Positions 1 to 13,315 of a DNA stretch of 64,000 nucleotides are shown one piece after another. The stretch spans positions 16,370,001 to 16,434,000 of the forward strand of contig CM052818.1 of NCBI GenBank assembly GCA_028534125.1. Direction: 5' to 3'. A model generated the notes under the pieces. The model was not told the DNA's origin, searched no databases, and worked only from the letters and a program-made list of their open reading frames with translations. Made by a program: the position numbers and the translations under genes. Numbering within the stretch: position 1 is the first letter of the stretch; every line of letters starts with the position of its first letter. The DNA comes from Lama glama. Taxonomy: Eukaryota.

Positions 1-620
1 TGTAGTTAAATCTATCCCTGTTTAGCCTTATGATTCATACTGCGGTGTCTTTTTAAAGAAATCTTTCACTATTACTACTACAAAAATATATCCTTTGGAA
101 TGCTTTACCATCTTACTATGTTCTTCTAGTTATGAATTTATTTTGACTTATCCTTTTGTGATTCTTTTTGTGACATTATTCTGATCATTCTTGATTGTAT
201 TTCATCCTGGACATTACTTAGTAATTTTCTTTTCTCACACTGACTTCTTTTTTCTCTTATTATGATACCATTTCATTTCACCCTCCCAAAACTTCTCATT
301 CTATTTTTCATGTTTTACTTTGCTCTGCTGCAGAGTTAGTAACTTTTTCAGTTGTGTCTTCCAACCACTAGTTCTCTACTTAGCTGTAACTAGCTGACCA
401 TTATTCTTGCCCATTATTGTCAGTTTCAATAATCAATTTTATTCATTTTAAAAATAAATTATCTCATTTTCTTTCACGCAATCCTGTTATTGTTAGATGA
501 TTTATATTCTTTAATTTATCTCTTTGAGCATTTTAAGCACACTTATTTTAATGTCTCTAAGACTGCTTTCCTCTATATCTTTTACAGAGTAAAATTTTCA
601 CATTTGTTCAATCTGGATAC
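1..620 (-). mobile_element. Ancient L1 (L1M/L1ME-type) fragments, antisense
   Basis: T-rich sequence resembling antisense old L1 ORF2 (1-130) and ORF1-region (about 250-620) consensus; highly diverged. Confidence 0.5.
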
Positions 621-1269
621 ATTCTATTGTTTTAAGTGAAAGTAGAAAATTTTCCATTAAAATGCTCATTTCAACCATGCTAACTGGAATTCTCAGAACA
701 TTTGAATAAAGGGAAGGTTTTTTTTCAATTCACTTGCCTTAAATTTTTTTCTGCTTAAATGACTTTGCAGCCATTTATTCCTTTAAAAATGTGTTAAACT
801 TCAAACAAATAACAGAAGACTTTAAAAAATAAGGGTTTTTCTAAGTTACTTGAAAACCTCTGTATTTCCTATCATCATTTCCCTATCATACTTTGCCTGA
901 ATAGCCCTTTCATATGTGTACTATGAAAATAAACAGATATAAAAACACACATGGAAGGCCCATCCAACCCCTTTTCTTTAGGTATATGAGTCATATTACA
1001 TATATGTCTGCAAGTCCCTTTTTCAACTCATTACAAATATTGGCAAACCGTACAAATTTACAAGCTCACCAACATTGTATGATAATATGTATTTCTCTAC
1101 ACCCTCATTGTTGTTCTGTTGGTTATCTCCACACTCAATACACTTTTTAAAATACTGTCTACAAAATAGGACAAAAGAGTATGCTTTTCCATTAATAGAA
1201 GTCTTCTAATATATTTCTAGTTACAGCTTCAAATGTTGCTCCATCTAGTTTCAAAACTGGTAATTAAAC

Positions 1270-1400
1270 AGGAGATAATAATGCTTTATCAACATTGTAA
1301 TTTTATAGATGAGAAAATCAAAGGTCATAGAGTTGAGTGTTAGAGGTGAGACTCAGAATTTCTGATATATCGTTCAAGAACCATAATGTCAATTATCATT
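1270..1400 (-). mobile_element. MIR SINE fragment
   Basis: Core-like ttttatagatgagaaaatcaaagg (MIR core TTTTACAGATGAGGAAACTGAGG). Confidence 0.55.
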
Positions 1401-2229
1401 CAAATTTACTTTTAAATTTTTCAACCCTTGTTATTTTAGGTTTTCTCTCCAAATCAAAATTGTAAAGATGGAGATAAATCACTACATTTTCCTCCTTATT
1501 ATCTACATAAGAACCTGTGCAACTGCCTTTCAATCAGTTATCTAAGAAATTACCCTGTATTAACTGTAGTCTGTTTTGCTTCATTATTAGCCCTTTTCTT
1601 TCTTTGCAACATCTTGTTTTCAATACACTTCTCTAATCAGTGGCACCTTAGTGTACCCTAAAATTATCTCTGCTTTGAGGTCTTTGCTGTCTTATAGCCC
1701 TGAAAAATGCATTAAACAGGTAACTTTAAAAGTGAAGATTTTCCTAACTGAATGTTCTTAGATGTGATATCTTTGATCGCTCTGTGGGAGAAGAAATAGT
1801 ACCAGGTACCATTTGTCAGGGTGAAAAATGAAACTGAATTAATGTCTGGCTTGATGAAACACTAATTTTAAAAGCTAACATATCCCACACCCAAATCTGA
1901 TCAGAATCTCATGGTACTGTTAGAGTCAACATTTCTGAATATTCATCATGGAGTTAGAGAACTCAAGATGGCTAGGAAAGAGCCAGTGAACTATGTATAT
2001 TTCAAGGGATCTCAGGAAGTTAAAACAAGTTTTTTGTTAACTCGAGGAGTCTGAAGGAAATATAAAGTTATTCAAAATAAAATTATTTTTTATTAGGAAA
2101 GTTCTGTATTTTATGATTAATATAAGGGAAAATACTTGTAGTTTTATCCCTGTGTGGATCCTTTTCCTTGACTGGAAGGAAAACTACTCATGCAAAGAAT
2201 GTTTTCATTGAAGTTATGATTCATCCTAT

Positions 2230-2550
2230 TCCAAGTATTGTGCTAATCAATTATAAATGCTATCTTTGGTAATCCTCAAAAAATACTATGAAATAGGGAT
2301 AATTTATTCCCACTTTGCAGACTGGGAAGCTGTACCATAGAGAGAAAAAAATTACTTGTTAAAACTGCATAGAGTTCACTATGTGATAAAACAACATATG
2401 GTAAAATATTAATGTCAGTATCTAGGTGGTTAGGTATATGGATGTTTGGTGCAACTTTTCTGCTTCAATACTTCAATTGAAAATGTTGGGGGATATATTT
2501 CATAGCTAATAATTAAAGACTCTGAATTTCAATCAGGCCTGATTGCTTCT
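2230..2550 (-). mobile_element. MIR SINE interrupted by a short insert
   Basis: attcccactttgcagactgggaagctg core; MIR-like sequence stops at 2372 and resumes at 2501. Confidence 0.65.
2373..2500 (+). mobile_element. Old L1 (L1MC/L1ME-like) 3' end fragment nested in the MIR
   Basis: atggtaaaatattaa...tctaggtggttaggtatatggatgtt...caacttttctg resembles old L1 3'UTR ends; flanked by CATAG at 2368-2372 and 2501-2505. Confidence 0.55.
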
Positions 2551-3627
2551 AAAAATAACTCCCCTGCCCTATCAGAGCTCACTAGTTTTGCAGGAATATC
2601 ACTATAAAATCACTTCTGTTATATCATGAAAAACATGCAATTCAGGAACACGGAAGAATTGTGTTTAAGCTCTAGCTCTCCCCACCTTTCAGCTAATCTT
2701 GATTATTAATAGGTAAACCCAAGCTTACAATGCTTTTAAATTTTTACTATAATAACATTTGTGAACTAGGGTAATAATTATGTTCAAGAATCATAAGAAC
2801 CAAATGATAAAAAGGACAAAAATTACAATGAGGAAGAGTTTGTTTCTTAGTCCCATTAATATTTAAAGAGCACTAGGCTATCAAGGTGAATTAATAATAA
2901 TTATTTTTTCCAGTAGGACCCTGTAAGTCTTCTTTCCTAAATGGTGAAAAAAAAGACAACTTTGGAGTTTAAAAGTTCTGAAAAAAAGACAAAAGTCTCA
3001 ATTAACAGGGTCAAGAAACTAGGGGAAAAGAAGTGGTATGAATAATTAGAGAACTAAACCTGAGAAAAGAGAAAATTGTGCCATCTGGGCTCTGTTTTGG
3101 AAAATTGGTTTATGGACACTGGGAAGGGTCATTTTGAACACTGATGTCCCATGAGCATCCTTTGTAGTGAGGAATCACAGGAATAGACTCAGGCAGGGAT
3201 AAAGCCTGGACTCAACTGCAATGTGATACACAAAGGAAGGTGATTTCGAAAAACTGATATTGATTCTAAATTGTAGCAAGCACTCAAGAACATGTCAAGA
3301 TCAATCTAGTACCTCATATTGGTTAGCAGGTAGTCATAAAAGTTAGGTTCCTCAGAAAAATCAGGAGAGGATGAAAATATAGAAAATCTGCTATAAGAAT
3401 GGCAAAGTTGCTCTTTGAAAAATCTGATGATTCTTGCCCCAATCAAGCAGCTTTACTGGCAGCAGCAGCATCAAATGAATAATCTTGAAGGTTAGAAAAG
3501 CTTGTCCCTTCATAGTAAGGGTTGTTCTGTAACCTTTACATATAGCTTTATGTCAGAAAGTTGAAATTTTAACCCACATTATTTTTACCCACATTGTTCC
3601 CTTTAATGTTCTCTACTATAGTTTCCT

Positions 3628-3692
3628 AGCCAATCACATTCTTTGTAATGATCATAGAAACAACTTCCATAAATAGGTCCTGCCACGCCCAC
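3628..3692 (+). promoter_or_regulatory. Candidate promoter-like motif cluster (CCAAT, TATA-like, KLF/Sp)
   Basis: AGCCAATCA 3628-3636, CATAAATA 3668-3675, GCCACGCCCAC 3682-3692, in sequence not recognised as a repeat; motif match only. Confidence 0.3.
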
Positions 3693-4869
3693 AGTCCGTC
3701 TCTTAGAGTAACATGTTATTTAACCAACAGTCCTAAATCTCTGCTCTTGGCAGAGTTAAGTGAACTAAAAATCAGGGCAAAGAAAAAAAAAGAAAAATTC
3801 CCCAGAACAATAAATCCATCTAAAATGGGTGCTCTTTATGGTAGTTAATGATCAAATAATTTTATACGTCTTAGGAGGTTTGAATATGAAATTAACAGCA
3901 GTTAGTCACTGGCACTGAATCAAGAAAATGGAATAAGTACTAAGAGGTACAGAAACAGAGGAAATAAGTAATGGTATTAGAAGACTGCTAGAGTTTCCAT
4001 GTTTTTCTCTCACTAATATTATGTATTTCCTTGAGGCCTAGTTATTTAACAAATGAAGTGGTACCTAAAGAGAAGACTTACGTTCCTTTTCCTTGACTCT
4101 ACATAACCAGTCTACGTTTGCTCCTCCGAACACAAAGTGGTCATGCAAACACATTCTGTCATGTCTCTCCTAGAGAAATACCCTAAATTCCAAAGTGATG
4201 AATTCTCCACTGAGAGATACGAACGTCAGTGAGGAAGGCAACATGAGTCATAACCACTGTGTGGGAGAAGCAAATGGTGGGAAGTTTAAAAGAAGCAAAA
4301 CCAGTAGCAAGAGCATAAAGATAACAGCTAAGGTAAACAAGGACAGAAGAGATGTCAGAAGTGGAAGCCTCTGCAGATGGAGAAGGAAAGCCACAGGAGC
4401 AACAGGTAGATCATCCTGAGGACCCCACAAATGGTGTTGTAAGTAGAAACCTCAATAGCTGCTTCTATTCATCATTAAGGAAAGCACAGAAGCCGTCAGG
4501 TAGCCAAGAGAAAAGGAAGCCGTACAGTCTTAAAAGATTATTAGGTTTTTCCCCTCAGCCTTGGTCATTCTCTCAGGCTTACATGGCCTTGGGGAAACAT
4601 AAATATTACAAAGAGACAGACACTTTGGGCTTAGAATGAAATAAAATATATATATCCGTCAAATCAAAATTAAGTTACATAAAGCTGGATACAGTGAATA
4701 TACGTTGTTGTAGATATTTCAAAAACTACTAGTGCTAAAATAATTTCACCACAGTAATGTCTATCATTGAATCATGTAACAATTTTCAAACGGAATCCAG
4801 AAGTTATATGCTCATTAATGACATCTAATGGCTATCTTTTATTTGAGTGCAGTCTATCTATGATCTTGG

Positions 4870-5050
4870 ATTATAATAACAGCTTTATTTATATTTTCAT
4901 TTAATGCCAGTGACAACCAACCATGTGGGGATACTATCATCCTTTTTTTTACAGTTAAGTAAACTGACCTTACTATGTAAAAAGGTCATTGTTTATACCA
5001 GTAAAGCCAATGGCACAGATTTGATTACAGAAACATACAGATATTTTTCT
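4870..5050 (-). mobile_element. MIR SINE
   Basis: actatcatccttttttttacagttaagtaaactgac core plus flanking MIR-like sequence. Confidence 0.6.
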
Positions 5051-5144
5051 AATAAAAGTGAAACACACCTAGGATTTCCTTCAAATATTACTGAACACCA
5101 AAGAATACATTTCAATTTCTGTGTTTCACTTCTGACCAAGACAG

Positions 5145-5676
5145 TGTTAACATTCCCCTGAGCTTGATTAAACTTTAGAGAAGTGTTTTCCCCCTAACCA
5201 TTGGCCCTGAACTCTCTTTTCTTAGAGTAGTTACTTTAGAAAACTTTCAAATGTAAATTCTGACTCTGTCCTGTTGAGATATGAATATTCTCTCATCCTC
5301 CTGCCAGATTTATAACTCAGGAATGTCTTTCTCAAGGACCTGGGAGCCACCCCTTTGAAATGTAGTCATCAAGGAAGGTAGTGCCCTTCTCCTAGATACG
5401 TATCTGTGGTATCTGTGTGTGTATGTATGTGTGTGTTGGAAGGGGAATCTAACTCAAATAAATATCAATTAGCAAACACAGAAGGGCTAATCACATTGAC
5501 CACTCCGGCCCCCTCAACATCCTTCTGTACTTTTGCACTACCTCCACCCAGTGCTTAAAGATACTCCAGTCTTTTGTTTCTGAGGAGTTGAGTTTAATCT
5601 CTCTTCCTTATTGCAACAGTTTTGAATCAAGTCTTCCTTGCCTGTTTTACTTGACTGGTTCAACTTTTCTTTGGCA
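5145..5676 (+). mobile_element. ERV1-class solo LTR (MER89/MER67-like)
   Basis: TG...CA ends, about 530 bp; contains cttgattaaactttag, ctcaaggacctgggagccacccctttgaaatgta and caattagcaaacacaga, motifs I recall from this LTR group. Confidence 0.75.
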
Positions 5677-6739
5677 CATCATACACAGAACTTAGAAACC
5701 TCAAGATGTTTGTTAACAATATAATAAACTCAAGAGTAAAAATTATCTTTATTTCCTAACTATTCAGTTGTTCTTCCACTAGAATTTGAATTTTGAATAC
5801 ACAGTTTAATTCTGTACGATGCATTCAAGCAAGCTTTAAAAAGAAATACTGACAGTAAAATTAGTGTTTTTCAGACATTTTATACATTTTTAAAATAAGA
5901 AGTGGTGCACTTTCTGAAGATTAGTGCTCTGATTTAATAGAAGCTACACTGTACCACAAGGGTTAAGGGAGCATATGGGGTATGTTTGGAGAAGAATTTA
6001 ACTCCTTCAGGTTCTGTCTGGTGAGTGTGGATTAAGACTTATGTTATTCATTGTTTCATCACTTTTTCAGCCATTTCCTCTATATTGCAACTGTATTTGC
6101 ACAATGCCAAATATGCAGTAAATAAGCAGAATAGATCCATGCATGGAGTTTTCTAAATGTTACCTACTGAAAAAAAAAAAAGGACAACCTAAAGTTGAGA
6201 ATTATATTTTATTCAACAGAAGAAACCTAGTTCTACCTTCTAAATTCTAACATAGCCTTTGCTGCTAGCATAGAGGCATTTATTTCAAGCTGAATATTTT
6301 GTCTATACTATGGGTATAGTGCAATTTGTACACAGGAAATGTTGTGTGACTGCATTCCTGGGGGATTTCTCATCAATATAAAATGCTTTTCTCTTGAGGC
6401 TCTTTTAGTGATGTCTTAAAAGTAAAGTTTAGATAAGCAAAAATGCCCTTATACACTTGGATTTCTGGAGTCAATGCAAAGTAAATTATATGTCAAGTGA
6501 TGAGATAAACATGTATTTGATGTCTGTATTGGATTAAACACTGGCTTGGCTTAGTGTATATCTATAAACTTATTTTAAATGTTAGATTGTCTAGTTGTCC
6601 ATAACACTCAATCAAAAATAAGTCAACTAACTTATCAACTGCTTTGATACATCAATCAAAAGCCAATGTTTCCTATACTTATTTCATGTCTTCTTTTTAA
6701 TCAAAGAAATGTAGCATCTTCTCTCAAGGTACAAATATT

Positions 6740-7239
6740 NNNNNNNNNNNNNNNNNNNNNNNNNNNNNNNNNNNNNNNNNNNNNNNNNNNNNNNNNNNNN
6801 NNNNNNNNNNNNNNNNNNNNNNNNNNNNNNNNNNNNNNNNNNNNNNNNNNNNNNNNNNNNNNNNNNNNNNNNNNNNNNNNNNNNNNNNNNNNNNNNNNNN
6901 NNNNNNNNNNNNNNNNNNNNNNNNNNNNNNNNNNNNNNNNNNNNNNNNNNNNNNNNNNNNNNNNNNNNNNNNNNNNNNNNNNNNNNNNNNNNNNNNNNNN
7001 NNNNNNNNNNNNNNNNNNNNNNNNNNNNNNNNNNNNNNNNNNNNNNNNNNNNNNNNNNNNNNNNNNNNNNNNNNNNNNNNNNNNNNNNNNNNNNNNNNNN
7101 NNNNNNNNNNNNNNNNNNNNNNNNNNNNNNNNNNNNNNNNNNNNNNNNNNNNNNNNNNNNNNNNNNNNNNNNNNNNNNNNNNNNNNNNNNNNNNNNNNNN
7201 NNNNNNNNNNNNNNNNNNNNNNNNNNNNNNNNNNNNNNN
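6740..7239. other. Assembly gap (500 N)
   Basis: Run of exactly 500 N. Confidence 1.
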
Positions 7240-7317
7240 GAGTAGCAAAGCAGTAAAGGTTATCATCTATGATCTCCAAGTGGATTATTTTATTTTCTCC
7301 CTCACCTACCACCCACC

Positions 7318-7440
7318 CCAGAACAATATAAGTCCCCTGAGAGAAGAGGCTTTTTCTATACAATTTACAGCTATTTCTGGAATGTCCCAAACTGCCTGTA
7401 ATGAAATAAGTAATTCATAAACATTTGTTCAATAAATAAA
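7318..7440 (+). mobile_element. L2 LINE 3' end
   Basis: aatataagtcccctgagagaagagg...cataaacatttgttcaataaataaa matches the L2 terminus. Confidence 0.6.
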
Positions 7441-7855
7441 GGTTGAAAAAGAATAAACAGAGTGTTAATAAAAATGTACTTTATTCAAGAATTAAAGAGA
7501 TCCTCTATGCAGGTCATATATTTCCTAATTAACAAATTTACTGACATGTAGATAACCTCTTTCAGTGGGCTCCCCATATCTCTTAAGGTTTCTGTCATGC
7601 TTGGTAATTTTCAACCAGTCTCCAGTTTCTGCAACAATTTTGGATCCTTAAAATTGCAGGAATCCCAGGCTGTGGCCAAGGTTCCACTAGTTACTGAATA
7701 TGTCTTTCATAACCCCTTGAATCCCTCCATGTGCATACTATAAGCCTCTATGTGTTTGTATTTACCAGCACATTTGTGAACCTTTTCATGTGCAAGCAAC
7801 TCAGTTAACTCAGATATGTACATACATGCTGACAACTCAAAAAAAAAAAAAAAGC

Positions 7856-8290
7856 CCTCCTAGGCATTATACTAAGTAAAAGAAGTCAGACAAAGATAAA
7901 TACTATATAATGTCACATATATGTGGTAACTAAAGAAGCCAAACTTATGGAAAGAGAATAGAATGGTGATTGCCAAGGGCTGAGGGATGGGGAAAATGGG
8001 AAGATGTTGGTCAAATGGCTCAAACTCTCAATTATAAATAAAATAAATTCTAGAAATTTAATGCATAACATGGCGACTATAGCTAAATTATTCTATTATA
8101 TATTTTAAAAGTTGTTAAGAGTAGATCTTATATGCTCTTACCACATACATACACAAATGGTAATTATGTTAACTAATCTTATCATGGTAGTCATTTCATA
8201 CTATTTACATGTATCAAATCATCACAGTATACATTATAAACCTACACAATGTTATATGTCAATTATATCTCAATAAACCTAGAGGGAAAA
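7856..8290 (+). mobile_element. L1MA9-like LINE-1 3' end
   Basis: gcattatactaagt...gaatagaatggtgattgccaagggctgaggg...atgtcaattatatctcaataaa typical of the L1MA 3'UTR. Confidence 0.85.
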
Positions 8291-8440
8291 GCCCTTTTCT
8301 GATTTACCCTTCCTTCAAACATTTCCAGTGTTTTCCCATTATTTACAGTACTAAAATCCAAGCTAACCTGGTTAACAACTACAATCTTCAATAAAAGCTC
8401 TCAAACTTATCTTCAACTACTCTCCCAGGTATTAATCACA

Positions 8441-8473
8441 ATAAAACAAAACAAAACAAAACAAAAACAAAAC
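8441..8473 (+). repeat. (AAAAC)n microsatellite
   Basis: Direct reading. Confidence 0.9.
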
Positions 8474-9789
8474 GCATATTTTCACAACTTCAAAACTGAC
8501 CAGATTGGGTGTAGATATATCTACTGCACATAGGCTGGGTAAACAATTTGAGAACAAATGATCAGCAAATTCAATCAAAATCCACAAAAGGAATTATTCA
8601 CTAAGTACTTAATTCCAAGTCCCCAATACTGCATTTCAAATGATTTATTTATTTTAAATCTGAACAACCAATATATACATAAGACCAATCTTAGCCAAAT
8701 TCAGCTATAAGTAAAGCAATGAATGGCCAGACTGAATGAGTAGATAAATGTTCCATAGCTGTTAACAAAACTGTTAAATAACCAGTATTATTCTATCAAA
8801 CATACGATATAAATAATTTCTCTTAGAGATAGTTGGAAAATTATGAAGAACAAGCAATGCAGGAACCATGACCAGTTTCACTATCATAATCCCTGCACTT
8901 GGAAAAAAAGAAAACTTCTTAAAACATCAAGGCAAAACCAGTAGCTTTGAAATGTGCCCAGGGACTCGACTTCTGCTCCACATGTGCAGAAATGCAGAAA
9001 GAGTTAGATCTAAGCAGACAGCTCACAATGACCAAATGAATTCCAACTGAGAAGAAGAAAATACATTGACAGAACTGTCCATCTATGACTCATGGTGCCA
9101 GTGCAGGTGCTTTTAGAGAGAGGAAGTATTAGGCTTTCTTAAGACACTCTAAGAACTGGAGGATAACTGAAGATGATAGCATTTAGCAAACTTCAGTGAA
9201 CTTCCTTACATCTACCTCATGGGCAGTATTTAGTATCTGAATTCTGGAATGGATCTCTTTCAGCTAAAGCAATTCACTCTATGCTTCATACGGAACAGAA
9301 GGTTTGGCTTTACATGCAATAAAACATTCTACAAACTGTAAGTGTTAGATAATTATGTAACATCAAAACAACTTATCTGGGAATTCACCTACTATATCAG
9401 AAATATTATTTTAGATCTAATCCACACATCTCTCATTCATGGCTGCTCCATTACAAGTATCCTTGTGTTGTTGATGCCAGCATGAAAATGGAGTTATGAA
9501 ATTGAAATTGACATTTACCTGATAATTTAATGTCATCTGACTGCTTCGTAAATTAAAGAAAATGGAGACCAATGGATTTTAGAAGCTCTTTTTTCTAATC
9601 TTATCTGTTTACAGACCATGACATTTCTAAAGCGGTGATAATAAAACACTAATTTTTTATTTATAAATAACCATTCAAAAGGAAGTACAACAGACTCCCC
9701 TTGAAGCTGAAAAATGCAGTCTTAAAAATGCTTAAAACATTTCAAAGTGTTTTCTCACTTTTCCAGTGTTTCAACAATATTTATTTTCT

Positions 9790-9912
9790 CATTACACATA
9801 AAAATCTTGGAAGGTAGGGTATGTTAACACTGTTATTATCATTTTATAAATGAGGCAACCAGAAGTGATATGAATAATTAAAGGTTTACAACTATTTGAT
9901 AACAGAGCTGGG
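9790..9912 (-). mobile_element. MIR SINE fragment
   Basis: ttattatcattttataaatgaggcaacc core and cagagctggg. Confidence 0.55.
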
Positions 9913-10444
9913 CGGGCTGTGAATGTCCTTATACTTTGGGATTATAGGGGAAGACTCTTTACTAAGAAGTAGGAAATTGTAAAAGTTGAACTTTAGAATC
10001 AATACATATGACTCCAACCAGAGATATAGTCATCATTTTAAAAATACATGACACCTGGGTCAGCAAGCCTTAACAGTAACTTAATATGATTGTATACTCT
10101 TTCTGGAAGAAAAATATACATAATGAAGGACTAAGAAATCTTTGTTTATTTTATTTTCTAAACATCATTAAGGAGCAAATGTTTTTAATTATAACTAATA
10201 TAAAACTATATTCATATTTATGACTTAAATTAACAACTAAACATTGTCACTTAAATGGTTATGATTTTAATTTTAATTTGGGTCTTACAAAAATGTCTAA
10301 TATTTACCAAGACATGATGGCAAATTATTGTTTACTATAACATTATTATATAATTACCCTACATTTAGGTTCTTTCCATGTCTTCCACAAGACTTCATTT
10401 GATGTGGTCTAACTTGAATTACCAGTTTGTATGTAATCACTATG

Positions 10445-11524
10445 TTCATTCATTCATGTAATGTTTGACTTTAAATGACAGCAAACAATGGCTACACTTT
10501 GGGATCAAAATGAAAACAACACAGCCCTTATATTCAAGAAATCTACATTTTCACAAAAGATAAATATATGTAAACAAGTAAATATAATACAATATATGCT
10601 CTAACAGACACTAGCCATTATTTACAAAGAGTAGAGAAAATGAATTAAGTATAGGCATTCAGGAACTACTTCCCAGAAGAGAGAAAGAATCCTTGTCTCT
10701 GACCTTAAATGTTTAAGAAGAGTTTTGCCAGGCAGCTGAACTGACAGAAAGACATTGTGAGAAATAAGAACACATGAAGACATAAAAAATACAGAATTTA
10801 TAGGAAAAGAATAGTTTAGTGTTATGAGTACGTAGCCTGCAAGCAGAAAGTGAAGAGGCTACATACATAGGCAAGAATAATAATAGCTTTGAAGATAAAC
10901 AGATTTGCTAATCTAAGGAGTTTAAATATTTTCTTATAAAAGTGAAGCAAGTTTTCTATTTTTGTAATTTTTAATCAGGAAATTGGCATGATTAGACCTG
11001 AATTTTAGAAAAAAAATGTTTATAAATAAGGAAACAAAGACTCATATTTTAAGTAATTCATCTAAAATTTGGGAATGAAACTTAAATCTAAATCTAAATA
11101 ATGCTATAACATGCTGCTCCCCAGTTTAAGATACTATAAAACAGCATTTTGAGAGGCTGAACTAAGAACAGGAGAGGTATTAAAGCAGAATTCTAAAGAA
11201 TTGTCCTTGGGATCAATTAAATATGGTAATGATGCAGAGGTAAATTTTAATGTGAACCTGAGGCAATGAATAAATAGAAGATCTTTAGGTTAATTATATA
11301 AGATGATCAGAATGGGGAACATTTTATTTAGATACATTTGTTGAGACATATAGGTACAGATGCTTAATAAGCATTTAAATAAATGGAACTTGAAACAGAT
11401 GTCTACGTCAACAATGTTAGACACAGTCAATCAACTCAGAAGTTAGAAAGTTTGGGAGGAAACAAGTTCTTATGAAAATATTACATAAACAGAGAAAATA
11501 AAGGGGCTGAGGTTAGACTTCCAG
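10445..11524 (-). mobile_element. L2 LINE, 3' part (small MIR-like piece near 11030-11120)
   Basis: Begins ttcattcattca (L2 tail, antisense); later ttttaatcaggaaattggcatgattagacctgaattttagaaa L2 motif. Confidence 0.65.
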
Positions 11525-11936
11525 TGTATTAGTTTTCTAAAGCTGCTAAAAAAAAAAAAAAGTACCACAAACTGGCTGTCTTAAACCACGGAAATGTATT
11601 TCACAGTTTGAGAGACTAGAAAAGTTAAAAATCAAAGTGTAAGCAGGGATGGTTCCCACTGAGGGCTATGAAGAAATGATCTGTTCCAGGTCTCTCTCCT
11701 TGACTTGGCTATCTTCTCAGTATTTTTCTTCACATGTTTCTTCTCATATCTCTGTGTCCTCATATCCCCTTTTTATAAGGATATCAGTATTACTACACTG
11801 GGACCCTTGGTAACGACCTCATTTTAACTTGATTACCCCTGCAAAGATCCTATCTCAAATAAAGCCACATTCTGAGCTACTAGGGGTTAGAATTTCAACA
11901 TATAAAATTTTGAGAAACATAATTCATCCCATAACA
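11525..11936 (-). mobile_element. MaLR LTR (MLT1B/MLT1C-like)
   Basis: tgtattagttttctaaagctgct...taccacaaactgg start and aattcatcccataaca end; taacgacctcattttaacttgattacc motif. Confidence 0.85.
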
Positions 11937-13050
11937 CTCCACCCTCTGCTGACGTCCAATTCATGTCCTTTACAAACATGCAAAATACATCTGCTCAACT
12001 CTAACAAACTGAGAAGTCTTAACAAATTCCAGCATCACTTGTAACTTCAAAATATCACCTAACCATCATCTAAATTAAGTATGAGTAAGGTATGAGTCAT
12101 TCTGAAGCAAAATTTCTTTCCAGTTGTAAATCTGTAAAACCAGGAAATAAGTTATCTGCTTCCAAAATACAATGATGGACAAGCACAGGGTAGACATTTC
12201 CACTTCAAAAGAGAAATCAGAAGAAAGGGTAAATTTCAGAAAGCAAGTCTGAAATCTAGCAGAGTAAATTCCACTAGATTTTAAGGCTCTGATGCTCTTT
12301 CCTGAGTCCTTGTGGCTGAAGCCTCTGGCAGCTGGCAGCTAACTCTCTGAACCTGAGGAGTTGGCCCTACCCTATGGAACTGAGGAGGAGATGGTCGTGC
12401 CCCTCTGATCTGTGTCCTCTGGGCCTGTGTTAGTGGCAGCCCCAACGATTTCTGAACTGCCTTTGGGGTCATTCTTCCTTTTTCTTGAAAGGTAGCACCT
12501 GTTTGCAGCCAGAGAGCTCTATCTATAAATTTTCTGCCTATAGAATCCCAAAAGTCCAGTGACCTTTCTTTATTTTGTCCCATCTCTGTCCACTTCAGTT
12601 CAATCTAACAGAGTTTCTGCTAGTATAAAATTTTCAAAAGCCTTGTTGGTCTCCCATGCAATTCATGGAGACACAGGTCACTAGACAAGAGGATCCTCTA
12701 CAGATCTTTCCTGGGTAACCACATCTCTATTTCTACTTTTGCTAAAATGGGTGATTAGATCCATGAGTCATAGAAATAATCTGTTTAGCAAAGAATCCTG
12801 TTTCCTTGGTCCTGTTTCCAGATCACACTATCTGGATAGATGGGAAATCTTCCAAATAGTCAGGCACTAGTTAGTTATTGCTTAGCAGTTTCTTTTTTAA
12901 TATCTCTCTCTCCTCCTGAAGATTCTGTCATAAGCATCAAGGAGAAACCAGGCTGCATCATTCATACTTTGCTTAGAAATTATCTTCAGGTAAATACCCA
13001 ATTTCATTGCCTACAAGGTCTACTTTGTGCAAAACATTCAAACAGTGGTC
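11937..13050 (-). mobile_element. MaLR internal sequence (MLT1-int) attached to the LTR
   Basis: Directly abuts the LTR; acatgcaaaatacat and aagttatctgcttccaaaatacaatgatgg are typical MLT1-int motifs. Confidence 0.75.
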
Positions 13051-13084
13051 TGGAACCAAACACTCAGTATCTCTGAGGTATGCC

Positions 13085-13315
13085 TATACACACACACACA
13101 CACACACACATACACACTCTTACATATATATATACATTATATATATATGCACATTATATATACATACACACACACGTACACACAAAGATTTGTATATATA
13201 TAACCCATAATTATATCATAATCTATAGGTACATATACCTATATATACACACACATATATATACAGACAGACACATAAAGATAAATATATATGAGAGAGA
13301 TAGTGAAGAGAGAGA
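13085..13315. repeat. Compound (CA)n/(TA)n/(GA)n microsatellite, probably the expanded simple-repeat tract of the adjacent MLT2
   Basis: Direct reading; explains the HTHT/YIYI ORFs. Confidence 0.9.

Noticed and set aside
4248..4430. Hydrophobic 60-aa minus-strand ORF resembling a signal or membrane peptide
   Set aside because: Non-ATG start; the Leu/Phe richness follows from pyrimidine-rich composition; no family recognised
6666..7390. Long ORFs spanning N runs (also 31681-32312 and 49344-50006)
   Set aside because: Artefacts of translating through assembly gaps
7480..7648. Possible minus-strand terminal exon (SKIVAETGDWLKITKH...stop, then AATAAA at 7485-7480)
   Set aside because: Weak pyrimidine tract, no recognised protein and no partner exons
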